The notes beneath the pieces are model-generated. The model did no database searches. It was not told the origin of the DNA and saw nothing but the letters and a program-made list of their open reading frames with translations. A stretch of 57,360 nt of DNA, counting the filler, from Sphacelaria rigidula (taxonomy: Eukaryota), in assembly GCA_964200075.2 (NCBI GenBank). It is 7 parts of 7 records of this genome, joined end to end, with 100 filler letters (N's around TTAATTAATTAA, not from the genome) between each part and the next. Parts side by side here need not be neighbours in the genome. Positions count along the whole stretch, not along the records: positions 16,421 to 24,528 come from CAXNAA020012270.1; positions 24,629 to 32,736 come from CAXNAA020012271.1; positions 32,837 to 40,944 come from CAXNAA020012272.1; 4 more parts are not named here. One strand, written 5' to 3'. Positions 23,855 to 34,508 of this stretch are shown piece by piece. The translations under genes were made by a program, and so were the position numbers. Each line of letters begins with the position of its first letter. The first letter of the stretch is position 1.

Positions 23855-24123
23855 GGGGGCATCCTTAACGGAGTATTATCTTCAGATCTTTTTTCGATTT
23901 TGCGTGGAAAAAAAGGGATTCTTTTTCGGACTCCTTCCAAAAAACGAAACGCTATAAATCATTCTGAAGCTAGATTCTTGGAGTAATCCGTAGTCAGTCT
24001 TATATTTAATTATAGCCTGACCTGATAGTTACACATGTTTTCTCATTCTTTTTAGACGAAGTTTCCTTTTTCCGATTGAGTCGGAGATTCTGTCTAAAAA
24101 ATATTTCCGTTAATAACACCCCC
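23855..24123. mobile_element. Possible PIF/Harbinger-type MITE
   Basis: TAA|GGGGG..TTAACGGA ... TCCGTTAATAACACCCCC|TAT. Similar GGGGTGTTAT termini occur at ~36965 and ~37289. Confidence 0.5.
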
Positions 24124-25032
24124 TATTGGTGTGTTCTCCTGGGATAGAGTTCCTCATTGCCCTTCTCTTACAAGTACTGGGTTGTCATTGCCGACGGCGA
24201 CTTCAGATTTTACGTGTCGGGGGGCTAATACAGTAGGTCTTCGATGAAACACAGCAATAGCTGACGAAGATCTCAAACACTAGCGTGAGGTATAATGCAA
24301 CCAGTACATTCATGGACGTTTCGTTTGCTTAGCCTTCACTGTATCTATCAAATGATTTATATAGTGCTCATCATTGCTTCAAAGCACTGTCTACAAGAGT
24401 ACCAAAACTCCTACGATAGGGGGGAGGGCGTACTCATTTGTTGCTCGCCTTAGTCGTTTGACCATTGACCACGCATTCCTTCCGAGACGAAGCAGGGTCG
24501 GGGGCGGGGGGGGTAGGGTGTTCGCATGNNNNNNNNNNNNNNNNNNNNNNNNNNNNNNNNNNNNNNNNNNNNTTAATTAATTAANNNNNNNNNNNNNNNN
24601 NNNNNNNNNNNNNNNNNNNNNNNNNNNNCAGCCTACATTGAGCTGCTTTATTTTCTGGTATCGTCACCTCCCGAGACAGCCACGGTTTATCCACTGCCTC
24701 ATGGGTGCCTCACCCTTCAAACACTACGTGGTACGATCATTCCCATTGTGCGGAGTTGAGATTCTCCCACGCCACACAACATGATCTAACTCGACTACCA
24801 TCGTGGTTACCGTAAAAAAAAGGCAAGGGCGCAAACAAAAAAGCGGTAACCTGGTTGCCTAGCTTACGTAGTGAGGGGCGTGTTGTATAGCGTGATCGCC
24901 AACCGACGCCAACCCCATCGGGGGTCCGTGGCCGGTTCGGGGGGGGGCGATCTCGGCAGCAGTCCTTCATACGGGGGTTTTCAGACTGTTTCACGCAGAC
25001 GTCCGACACGCCATTCTCAAGACCGTATGGTA

Positions 25033-25488
25033 TGGCAACCAATCCGTATTTGTACGAATATGAGGATATCAGGCCGTCTTTTCCCAATTTTCTCTTGTGA
25101 ATTCATTTTCGGACCCCAGTCCGTTGGGCAATGTTTTGTGCCTAGCTCTGAGGAAACCAGATCAACTCTCCGATGGACTGGACGCTACATTTTGGTCAAT
25201 CACTTTTCGGCTCAGATGCAGGAGTGATCAGATTCAATGGACGCTTGCTTTTGATTTATCACCTATCTGCTCAGATGCGGGAGTGATCGGGATCACTCCC
25301 GCGTCTGAGCAGATAGGTGGTGAACCAAAAGTCAGCGTCCAGTGAATCGGAGAATTGATCTGATTTCCTCAGAGCTAGGCGGAAGACATTGCCCGACGAG
25401 CTGGGGCCCAAAAAATCAATCCACAAGAGAAAATCTGATAAAGACGGGCTGAAATCCTCATGTGTGTACAAATACGGATTAGTTGCCA
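25033..25488. mobile_element. Palindromic foldback element with internal duplication
   Basis: TGGCAACCAATCCGTATTTGTAC mirrored by GTACAAATACGGATTAGTTGCCA; near-perfect central palindrome at ~25260-25319. Confidence 0.85.
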
Positions 25489-25699
25489 CAAAAGATGGTC
25501 CAACCAGCGTTATTTGTCATTCTGGAGGCCCAGTCCCAAAAGGATCGAGGGGAATACTATGTCTTCCCAGTTTCCAAGCGCACCCGAGGCTCGCGTCATA
25601 TTGGTCAATCGGCAAACCCCCGATAGTTGTATATATTCGGGAAAAACTTTGTTCCGACCGTCACTCTGTTAAACCTCGGTATGAAATACTGAACCTCAC

Positions 25700-25828
25700 T
25701 TTTTCATCAAGGCTGTTTGCTGCCATCTGTACTGTTGCCAACCTCTCCACCAACCTCACGTTCTCCTCCTATACTTCTCCTGCATATTCGAGCTTCGGTA
25801 CGATCACGTTCCACATCCGTTGGATCAC
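25700..25828 (-). pseudogene. LINE ORF2 post-RT remnant
   Basis: Manual translation NVIVPKLEYAGEV*...VERLATVQMAA resembles the PxLEYxxxVW...LExVQ block downstream of LINE RT. Confidence 0.6.
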
Positions 25829-25964
25829 ATAAACGGAACGGCTCTTGATAGACAGGAAATCACCTGTCTCGTCAGTGTTTCATCTGGGGTCGGTTGCTGG
25901 CTTCTCCTTGTCCACGTACTTTTCACAGGCAGCATGAAACTCCGGCATGCGATCTTCTTCGCCG

Positions 25965-26373
25965 GCCGCACCCTGTCGGCCTTGTAGATGCGGTTGCTGC
26001 GCTCACCTAGCTGCGGGTGCTTCCGAAGGAACAACTCTAGTCATTTTCGACCTGAGCTTACTGTCGGGCCCTGTGGCATCGGTAGGTTGTCGCTCTAGAG
26101 TGCCATAATCGCCTGTTTCGCCATCTCTATTAAGGGCCGTTAGCGAGCTGCGGGAAATGTCAGCACATCTTCGACAAAATTTTCTTCCTACCTCGACAGT
26201 ACAGTACCCGGACCAACCCTGCCAGCTATGCCCATGCTACCTCTGACGCGCTTCTGCAGCGAACCAACGAAGGTGTCAAAGGTCTTTGCCGTAGCATGGA
26301 AGGTCGTGCGACCGCTGCGTACCGCTTCTACGGCCTCTGCTGTACGTTCTGGGTCCACCCTTACTCTCTGCAT
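25965..26373 (-). pseudogene. pogo/Tigger/Fot1-type transposase N-terminus (psq HTH plus CENP-B HTH) with stops
   Basis: AVEAVRSG...LQKRV...GPGTVLSR*EEN followed in the same frame by GRK*LELFLRKHPQL. Confidence 0.75.
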
Positions 26374-26940
26374 GCTTGGCAGCCGATAGACCAAAAAGCT
26401 GATTTTAAAGAAAGATACACACGCCATTATTCGCAGTGCTGTGGGATGATGTTTTCTGGCGTAAAAGGCACGTGCAGTTTCTCAAAAACAGCGCCGTGCT
26501 CCTGTGCACACGCAGCAAAAAGCAGAATGGAAAACGGGGACTTATGGGCTTTAAAAAAACAGGGTTCCTTCATTGATACTGTTCCGTAACAGGGACGTTT
26601 ACTCTAGTAATATACGGCAGGAAGGTGGAGGACTAAAACAAACAAACATATAGGAAAAGACTCCTGTGTTGACCTTCTTCCTGTATGACTCCGGCTGGCA
26701 CATACACTGAAAGGTGTAGACCGGCGTTCAGAATAGATGGGACGTGTAGCCAAATGATACCAAGCCGTAAGGTTTCAGTATAATCCACGGTTAGGACAAA
26801 TCATCACGACTCAAAATCACCAAATTTACGATTTCTTCGGCCTGATTGCCCAACAGGGAGAAAAACGTTTATCGCTGGTCCAAGGGGTATCCACGCAACG
26901 TTTGCGCCATTCTACGTGTCTGGGCTGCGTGTACCTGGGT

Positions 26941-29900
26941 TGTAACGCTGAAATAAAGCCTAGGGGTTGATTCGTTACGAGTCGACTCATCATACAAAAA
27001 CCAAATAATTTCCAGACGAATCATTATTTGTCCGACCCTTGGTATAATCGCATGCATGATCGGAGCAGTGGCAAGGGACAGGGTACCCTGGATTGATGAA
27101 ATTTTCTGTGTGGGCCCCGGCTGTCTGGCTCGTGATCTGTTAAGGATCACTCCGACAAAATAACAAGTGAGAAGAAAGGACACGATGCCAGTGATACTGG
27201 AGGAGCCCCTCGTTGAAAGCCCTCTTGTCCAGATCGTCTGGTAGAGGCTACAATATCCAGATATATTATCGGCACTCTGTTGGAGGAGTTTGGTTGAGGA
27301 AAAAGACCGCAGCTGGAAGCAGTTTAGCCCACAGGCGGATTGAGACCGACCTGGAGCGCACAGCGGTGGAGGACGCTGCGGGGGCTGGAGGGCGCACAAG
27401 CCCGGCAAGAGCCTTCTCGTGAGGGGCTTGAATCCTAGACGATATGGCTCAAGCGGCGGCAGCACCGCTGGTTTTGGGCGAGCCGCTAGACCCGCCGAAG
27501 TATGGCGAGGTGTGGACCGAGGAAGCATCACGCGTTGTTTACGCCGCGTATCTCGATTACGAAGAGCGTTTGTACCTGCAAACGCACAACGAGTCTTAAG
27601 GCATGCACGGGTGAGTATTGGACAACTTATCCCTGCATACATTCATCGGTGCTTTGAAGGCATGTACAAGGCCCGTCGTGCTATGACCCCCGAGGAATTG
27701 CTACATGCTGTGAAACAGCATGCCGGGTACACCACGACCGGCGGTAAACATGATACTGCGCGGGCTGCAGCAGACCTGCGTAGAGTGCTTACAATTCAGC
27801 AAAGCGGTGGAACATCCGTCAATAATAGAGGGATGATGGTTAACTCATCGAGGGACACGTTTTTCGCTGAAAGTCTCACGTCGCAAGCCACGTACTGTGC
27901 GGAGGATAGGAGTTGGTTGCCAGGCCCGGCCGAGTCGGTTTCCACAGCTTTGGTGGACGGAATTTCGCCTCCGGAATTCCAGGCGTATGTCAGAAGCGTA
28001 CTCACATATGTAGACGGCTGGAAAATATTCCGACCGTGGTGTTCAACAAGATATTTGATGCCGCCAATCACTGGAAGTTTATTGAGGCGTATGGCCGGTG
28101 CGACTCTGCGCCAAGTGCAGTGGTGCAGGCCGTGAATAACAACTACAATAGAAACAGCAGCCGTCTTCGCGAGCGTCGTCCACTCGCGCATGCTACAATT
28201 GCGGAGACAACGGACACCTGATCAAGGATTGCCCCAAGCCTCGCGCTCAAGGCGCTGCTTAGGGAAATGCCCGAGATTCATGGGGATCCCGCGGCGGTCG
28301 CCACGGTGGACGGGGCCGTGCCAACCGTGGACGCGGGCGCGGCGGCCGCAGTAGCAAGCAATGGGCGGCGGATGGTGGTTCCTCCGCTGCTGCTTCTTTC
28401 ACTACGTCATCAGGTGGTGACTCTGGATCTTCTGGTTCATCCGTGTCGGGGTGGGCAGTGTACGTGGGAGGTGCAAATACTTCGGTGGGAAGTGCTGGAG
28501 CAAATAGTTAGCGACCCCTCGGCCAGGCAGCATCTGTGTCTGGTGCATCTCCTGCTGCTGCGACAGCTGTAACAGTGCCGTCTGCATTTTCGACGACGTG
28601 GTTTGGATGGACCGCCGATTCTCAATTATCGATACCAACTATAGGAGCGCAGCCCAAGCGTCAGGTGACTCTTGGTACCGACAAGAGTTCTTCGGCAGAT
28701 GTGGTGCCTGTGGATCGAAATCCAGAGTGTTTACGCGCAGATCTTTCCTTGCTTGGTTCCGCAGGTTCGTTCATGGCCCGCATTATTCTGGATTCTGGGT
28801 CCGCGCTCCCGTCGATCGGTGCGGGGTTGCTACAACAAATGCCCACGCAGTTTGACGACGCTCAGCTGCAAAACCCATTCAAAAATGGACCGCAGGCGGC
28901 ACAGACCGCCATGGGTACCCCCGAGACGGTTACACATAAAACGGTGCCGATTGCTGTTAGCGTGCGTACGCCGTGGGGGGTCGTGAAGTTGCAGCCCATC
29001 ACTTTCGCTTTCATGCCCGGTAGGGACAACATGGTTCTGTTTGGGATGGCGACGATGAAGGAGCTCGGGATCGACTTGTATACGCTGGCATTGGATAAGT
29101 TACGCCCGCGTGCTGTGCCGATGCAAGTCGGTGTGAAAGACACCAACTATCTTGCCGCGAGGCGTGTGACCGTATCCATACGGTCGTTCCAGAGAGCCAA
29201 TGAGGAGGAGGCTCCTGCGGATGAAGCGGTGGAGCGCTTGGTCGATCGGGGGCCTGACATGTTAATGGAACCTGCGGAGGAGAGAGGTGCAAGAGAATGT
29301 GCGCTAGAGGATAGCGTGCAGCAGGTAGAGCAGAAGGGCCTGAGTGCCGATGGCGCATATCGTCTGCGTGATATTTTGGCTCGTCGGGTGAATACATTTC
29401 GTCGCGCGCTGCGTGGTGACCCGCCAGCGCGCGCGGAGCCAACGAGGGTGCAGCTCAAGTCATAGGCGAAGGCTGTGAAGGCCAAGCCTCGCCGTGACGA
29501 TCTGGTGAAGACCGGATGGCTTGCCTCATGCATCGAAGCTTTGGTGGCGTTCGGTTTGTTGGTTAGGAACATGCAGGCTGTGTGGGCGAGTCCGGCGATG
29601 GCGGTGCCGAAGAGGGACACATTCCATTTGGTCAGCGACTACCAGGCCGTGAATGCGCAGGTGGAGAAGTCTCCAGGGGTGATGCTGAGCCAAGAAGACA
29701 TGCGGAAGTTGCTGAGAGCCCGATACTTCGGCAAGTTGGACCTGCTCCAGAGGTATTGGCAGATGCATCTGGCGCCGGAGGCTCTCGAGATCTTCACGAT
29801 CGTCATGCCTGCCGGTTTGTTTACGCCTACTCGTGTCCCGCAGGGCGTGTTAAACGCCACGGCGTATTTCCAAGGTGTGCTGACTGACACCTTGCGAGGT

Positions 29901-30590
29901 CTAAACTATAAAGTGTGGGTAGACAATGTTTTCTATTTTGCTGAAACCGAAGAAGCATTGTTAGCTTTGTTTGATGAAATGATCGCCTGGAGAATGTTGG
30001 TCTGTTCGTCGCTGCGCATAGTGCACAGTTTCTGCCCGCGAAGTGGTTTGGTGTGGTAAGGTGTACTCCAAGGATACTGTTTTGCATGATTCCACCTGCA
30101 TCCAAGTTTGAGCAATATGCGACGTCCTCAAACCGCGAGTGAACTGATGCAGTTTCGTAGGCGGTGAATTGGTTGCGGACTTCGCTCCCACGCATGGCAG
30201 AAGTAGTGGCGCCGCTTCGTGTGTGTTTTGGAACAATTTGTGGTGGGGTCTTCGCGTCAGACCAGTCGGGTGGCGCGCAATCGTACCATCCCGGAGGACG
30301 CTTGGACGGAGGATCGTGTGCGCGCATGGCGTGCTGCGCAAGAATTAGTGGCACAAGCGGTGCCGCTGTATCATCCTCGTCCAGGGTGAGTTCTTCTTAT
30401 GTTTCTAGATGCTTCGGATTTCCACTGGGGTAGGTTTTTAACGCAAGCGCCTGACGCCGAGTTTAGTAGTGTCATTGCGCTCGAAAACATATCACATGAA
30501 CCGTTGGATTTTCTGAGTGGTAGTTCTAAGGGTTCACAGTTGCGGTGGGCGACAGTGGACAACGAAGATTTCGCGATATTCAATACTTTT
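26941..30590 (+). mobile_element. Ty3/gypsy element 2 (related to element 1), 3'-truncated in RNase H
   Basis: Putative 5' LTR 26941-27252 (TGTAAC...GCTACA); gag from 27444 (MAQAAAAPLVLGEPLDPPKYG) with knuckle CYNCGDNGHLIKDC (~28190-28232); protease ILDSGS; RT WASP, LDLLQRYWQ, VPQGVLNA, WVDN; RNase H FLDASDFHWG. Confidence 0.92.
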
Positions 30591-30599
30591 TGAAGTCTA

Positions 30600-30815
30600 C
30601 ACACTTGGACAAATAGCACCCTGTGCGGCACGTCTACAGGATTCAGGGAATTTGTGCAGTGTTTCTCGCGGGTTTCTGGCTGTAGTTTCTGTTTTGCGCC
30701 CCACAGGACGCTTCACAGAGTTCAGGAAGACTGTGCAAGGTTTCTCGCGGAGATTTGACTGTAGGGTACTTTTTTGTGCTACACAGGGCGCTTCACAGGG
30801 TTTCGCCACTCTGTG
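30600..30815. repeat. Small TA-flanked element with short TIR and two ~75-bp internal direct repeats
   Basis: TA|CACACTTGG ... CCACTCTGTG|TA; TTTCTCGCGG...GCTTCACAG occurs twice. Confidence 0.5.
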
Positions 30816-31194
30816 TAGAATTCATCGCTGTTGATATGCTGTGCAGCCTTTATAGCACGCATACAATATACTCCATACAGCATGGGCATGGTACTGGCAG
30901 AAATGTAGCATTCAGTATGAAAGCGGTGTTTGCGGAGGCGTGTACGAATTCTGACAATGTGGGACGTACGTACAGAAACACGGTACGTTGTCTGTCCCGG
31001 TTTCTCAGCTGCAGTGCCGCTGCCAGTAGAAAAGTTGGCCATTGCAGCTAGGTTGCCACACACACGAGTACAGATACTATCACCAGTAACGAGTAGCCTT
31101 CATCTAGCGGCGGCCTACTGGTATAAGCAGCACAAGTAGGGAGAAGTAGGCAAGAACTAGCGCGCTTCGCAGAGGATCGATCGACTTTTACATC

Positions 31195-32598
31195 ATGTCT
31201 AACATAGGCGGGGGCGCGGCTCAAGCAGGCGGAGATGAAAATCTGGCACCACACGCAGACGGCATGACTGGGGTGGGGGCCGGGGGACCTCCCACACACG
31301 GCGGCGGGAGCCAAGCACACCAAGACGGCGAGGTGGTGGCAGGGCATAATAACCCACACGCGGCAGCAGCAGCGGCAGTCGACCAACCCCAGGGCGTACT
31401 GCAAGCGCCCGTGATGTCGCAGCAGGTGTTTCAGGAGCACATGCTGGCCGCAATGACCCAGTTGACCAACCGCCTGCAGGCTGTCGAGAATAACCAGCAG
31501 CCGCAGCCGCTACAACTCCCGCATGCACCCCCAGAGCAACCACTGCTACAGATCGGGAACGGGTGGCAACAACCACCACAACCGCAGGTTTCAGCCGCTG
31601 GCGCGCAAGCGGCGACACAACGGACCATAGCTAAACAGATGGGTATAAAGGCAAGTGCAAAACGTGCCGTCGACTCGTGGCGGGCCCCTACTGGGCCCAT
31701 ATTTTTCCTCTTGAGGGGGGGCTTTGATGTGAGTAAAGATCTCACCTTCCACTTACAACAACTCACCCTCAAGAAGGTGGCGCACGTTACGCACGCGTCC
31801 CCCAACCAGCTGCAAACCCTGATGTGCATTTTCACACGCACGTGCGCCCTTCAGTCGGAGTTCGAATCAGTTGCTAACCAAGTAAGGGAGTATACAGATT
31901 ATCAATACACATCATTGTACCCACATAGAACGACGGTCCGCGCCACGCTTCTGACAGCCATGGACACCGGCGTAGAGGAGTTCTTTCACCGCGTGGCACT
32001 TCAGGCACAACAGCTGCGGAGGACATACCCGGCCGTCGTTCCGCCGTCGACGGGGAAGCCGGTAGCGGCGCCGGCTTTTACAAAACTAAGAGCCCTCATC
32101 ACCGAGGACGGGCCCAACTGCATCGTCGAGAAGTCCACATTCTGGGCGGTCGGTGAGGCAAAACCCAACAAGAAGAGAAAAGCGACGTCGCAGGCAGGCC
32201 CCGTAGCTCCCCCTTCTTCTTCGAGCAACACCACGCCGGCGGGACCCCCGTCGACCTTCCTGCAGAAACAAATACAGTGGCAGACTCCAAAGGATGGTTG
32301 CGTTTACCATTGGCAAAACCAACCGTGCACGCGAAATATCTGCCGGTTCTCACACGATGTCGTGTCCCCACTAGCATCCGGGCAAGCGCAGGCTACGCCG
32401 ATGCCGACAGCGCCGGCGCCGGCCCAAATACCGCCCCCGCCCCCGCCCCCGCAGCCTCTGGCAACCCCAGCACAACATACACTGCCCCAGGTGCATCAAC
32501 TGCCTGCTCACCAGCACCAGCAATCGGCGCCCGCACCAGCACCAGTAGCACGTTACTCACACAGCTACGGAGGGCGCGGCGGGGGAAGGGGGGGGTAG
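31195..32598 (+). CDS. Intact intronless 467-aa ORF with CCCH zinc finger; probable gag of a Ngaro/DIRS-type retroelement
   Basis: Uninterrupted ATG-TAG frame; C-x8-C-x4-C-x3-H (CVYHWQNQPCTRNICRFSH); KKRK; P/Q-rich ends; RGG C-terminus. Downstream sequence is lost in the gap. Confidence 0.6.
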   Translation: MSNIGGGAAQAGGDENLAPHADGMTGVGAGGPPTHGGGSQAHQDGEVVAGHNNPHAAAAAAVDQPQGVLQAPVMSQQVFQEHMLAAMTQLTNRLQAVENNQQPQPLQLPHAPPEQPLLQIGNGWQQPPQPQVSAAGAQAATQRTIAKQMGIKASAKRAVDSWRAPTGPIFFLLRGGFDVSKDLTFHLQQLTLKKVAHVTHASPNQLQTLMCIFTRTCALQSEFESVANQVREYTDYQYTSLYPHRTTVRATLLTAMDTGVEEFFHRVALQAQQLRRTYPAVVPPSTGKPVAAPAFTKLRALITEDGPNCIVEKSTFWAVGEAKPNKKRKATSQAGPVAPPSSSSNTTPAGPPSTFLQKQIQWQTPKDGCVYHWQNQPCTRNICRFSHDVVSPLASGQAQATPMPTAPAPAQIPPPPPPPQPLATPAQHTLPQVHQLPAHQHQQSAPAPAPVARYSHSYGGRGGGRGG

Positions 32599-32901
32599 CG
32601 CCGCTGGCGGGAGAGGAAACGGGAGCGGATGAGGGCGCGGGCTCTGCCCACCGGCAGGGCCGACATTGACAGGAGAAGCGGGTAGCGACGTAAACACGAT
32701 GTTTGCGGACGCCTCTAGGTCCGTGGGGCTTATCGGNNNNNNNNNNNNNNNNNNNNNNNNNNNNNNNNNNNNNNNNNNNNTTAATTAATTAANNNNNNNN
32801 NNNNNNNNNNNNNNNNNNNNNNNNNNNNNNNNNNNNGTTTGGGTGGGGGTCTTGTCGCGTGGGGGTGCGCTCAGGCGCTGTGTGGCGGGGGGGGGGGGGG
32901 G

Positions 32902-32945
<44 letters not shown>

Positions 32946-33652
32946 AAATGCCGCGCCGATCTCTGTTGGTTGGCCTCCGTTATCCGAAATACTTGGTTTC
33001 ACCGGCGGAACGAGGAAATATATCCCGCCCCTGCTCAAATGAAGGGGGACATTGGTCAGCCTGTGCGGTGTTCCTCTCAAACACACGACCGGGCACCTTT
33101 CATGCAAAACACAAGTCGATTCCAAACAGATGATTTCCAGTGCGAATCCATGATGTTCCGACTGGTACATCTTTTCACCCATTTTCGACTTATGCGGATG
33201 CTCGTGCTGGTGTTGACTAGTGGCCCAGAAATCGAAAGCTCTTGACTGCTGAGCATGAAACAACTCATCCGGGAACCCTTGTCGGGCTACCCATCTCCGC
33301 ACTCAGTGTTGTAGTATGTCGTGTGCTCAACGAGTCTGTCTAAAACGTATGCCCTGCAATACACGTGCTGATGCTTTCCGGGCTCCGGCATTTGCGTTGG
33401 CTATAGTGTGCAAGTCGGGACGGGCGGTGCTTGTTTGGAGTAAGTACTTGGGATGAAACTGAGCATACTGGTGCCAAGCGTGAATACAAATATTTGCACG
33501 CCTACGCGATTCAACTGTAGGTGTAGGTCAGTGTGAAGAGTTCCGTGTAGCTGACCGACCACCTCGAGGATGAGTACACCTCTACGAATTTACCCTGCCC
33601 CGCCCGCCCGCCTACGCCCCACCGGCGGGAAACTCTGTATCCCCCGACCCGG

Positions 33653-33838
33653 TTGGCAAAACTCGCAGTCTTGCACGAGGAAAAATCGCAATCAGGTGGC
33701 CACGACACGGCCATGACAGTCGATGGCGCAGACAATTGGCGGCTGTTTGACGACGAAGAAGTAACGACCCTCAGCGATGAGTACGACGTGCTTCATCCTC
33801 GCCATGATCCATACTTCATCTTATATACGCGACTATGA
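33653..33838 (+). pseudogene. Ubiquitin-specific protease (peptidase C19) His-box fragment
   Basis: AVLHEEKSQSGGHDTA...WRLFDDEEV...PYFILYTRL* matches the USP pattern H-G-x-GHY...W-x-FDD-x-V...Y-LFY, with degenerate positions. Confidence 0.7.
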
Positions 33839-33876
33839 AACACCGCCGTGGAGGTCGCTGCTGCTTGGTTCAAGCG

Positions 33877-33941
<65 letters not shown>

Positions 33942-34139
33942 GGGACGCGGGGGAGGAAGAAGGGAGGGGGGGGGGGGGCGTGGTGAGAAGGGATGCTTCG
34001 TGACAGATGTAGCTATTATTGTGTTATTTTTTTGACCTCAGGTGTCGTGCGGGAGGAGAGACAAGTGAGGATTTTCTGTTTAGCGGAAGAAAAACGACGG
34101 ATGACGAGTTGTATCGGTAGGGGCAGATCGTGCTGTCGG

Positions 34140-34508
34140 GTGTGTGTGTTGTCATCCCATCAATTCTGGACGCCAGTCTACACCATGCGGGGTACGTGGC
34201 AGCATCAGCCGGGGTCACAAACAGGAAGGCCAGCACAGGAAGGAGCTTTCATTTTTTCATTTTGTTTGAGCACTTCACCTTCCTTCTGCGGTGCTTGCCT
34301 TATATTTTATCATGAGGAGGACTCCGCGGTCCCTTTCCCTCGTCGACCGTGTAGTCGAGTTTTGTGTACCCATGGCATAGTCGGTCTCCGCTGTTGGGCA
34401 TGATGTGAGGGGAAAATCCCACATCGTGGGACATTCCCGATACTCGAACCCACGTTCGAACCGTCAGAAGGTTTCGAGGCTACCGACAGAGCCTCTGCGG
34501 CGACCGCC
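34140..34508 (-). mobile_element. tRNA-derived SINE copy with (CA)n tail
   Basis: Homologous to 11728-12079; ends GGGATGACAACACACACAC on the minus strand. Confidence 0.8.

Noticed and set aside
32839..34035. Poly-Gly / poly-Pro ORFs and G-quadruplex candidates at ~32887-32943 and ~33878-33980
   Set aside because: Homopolymer G runs of unreliable length near a contig end; may be sequencing artefacts.
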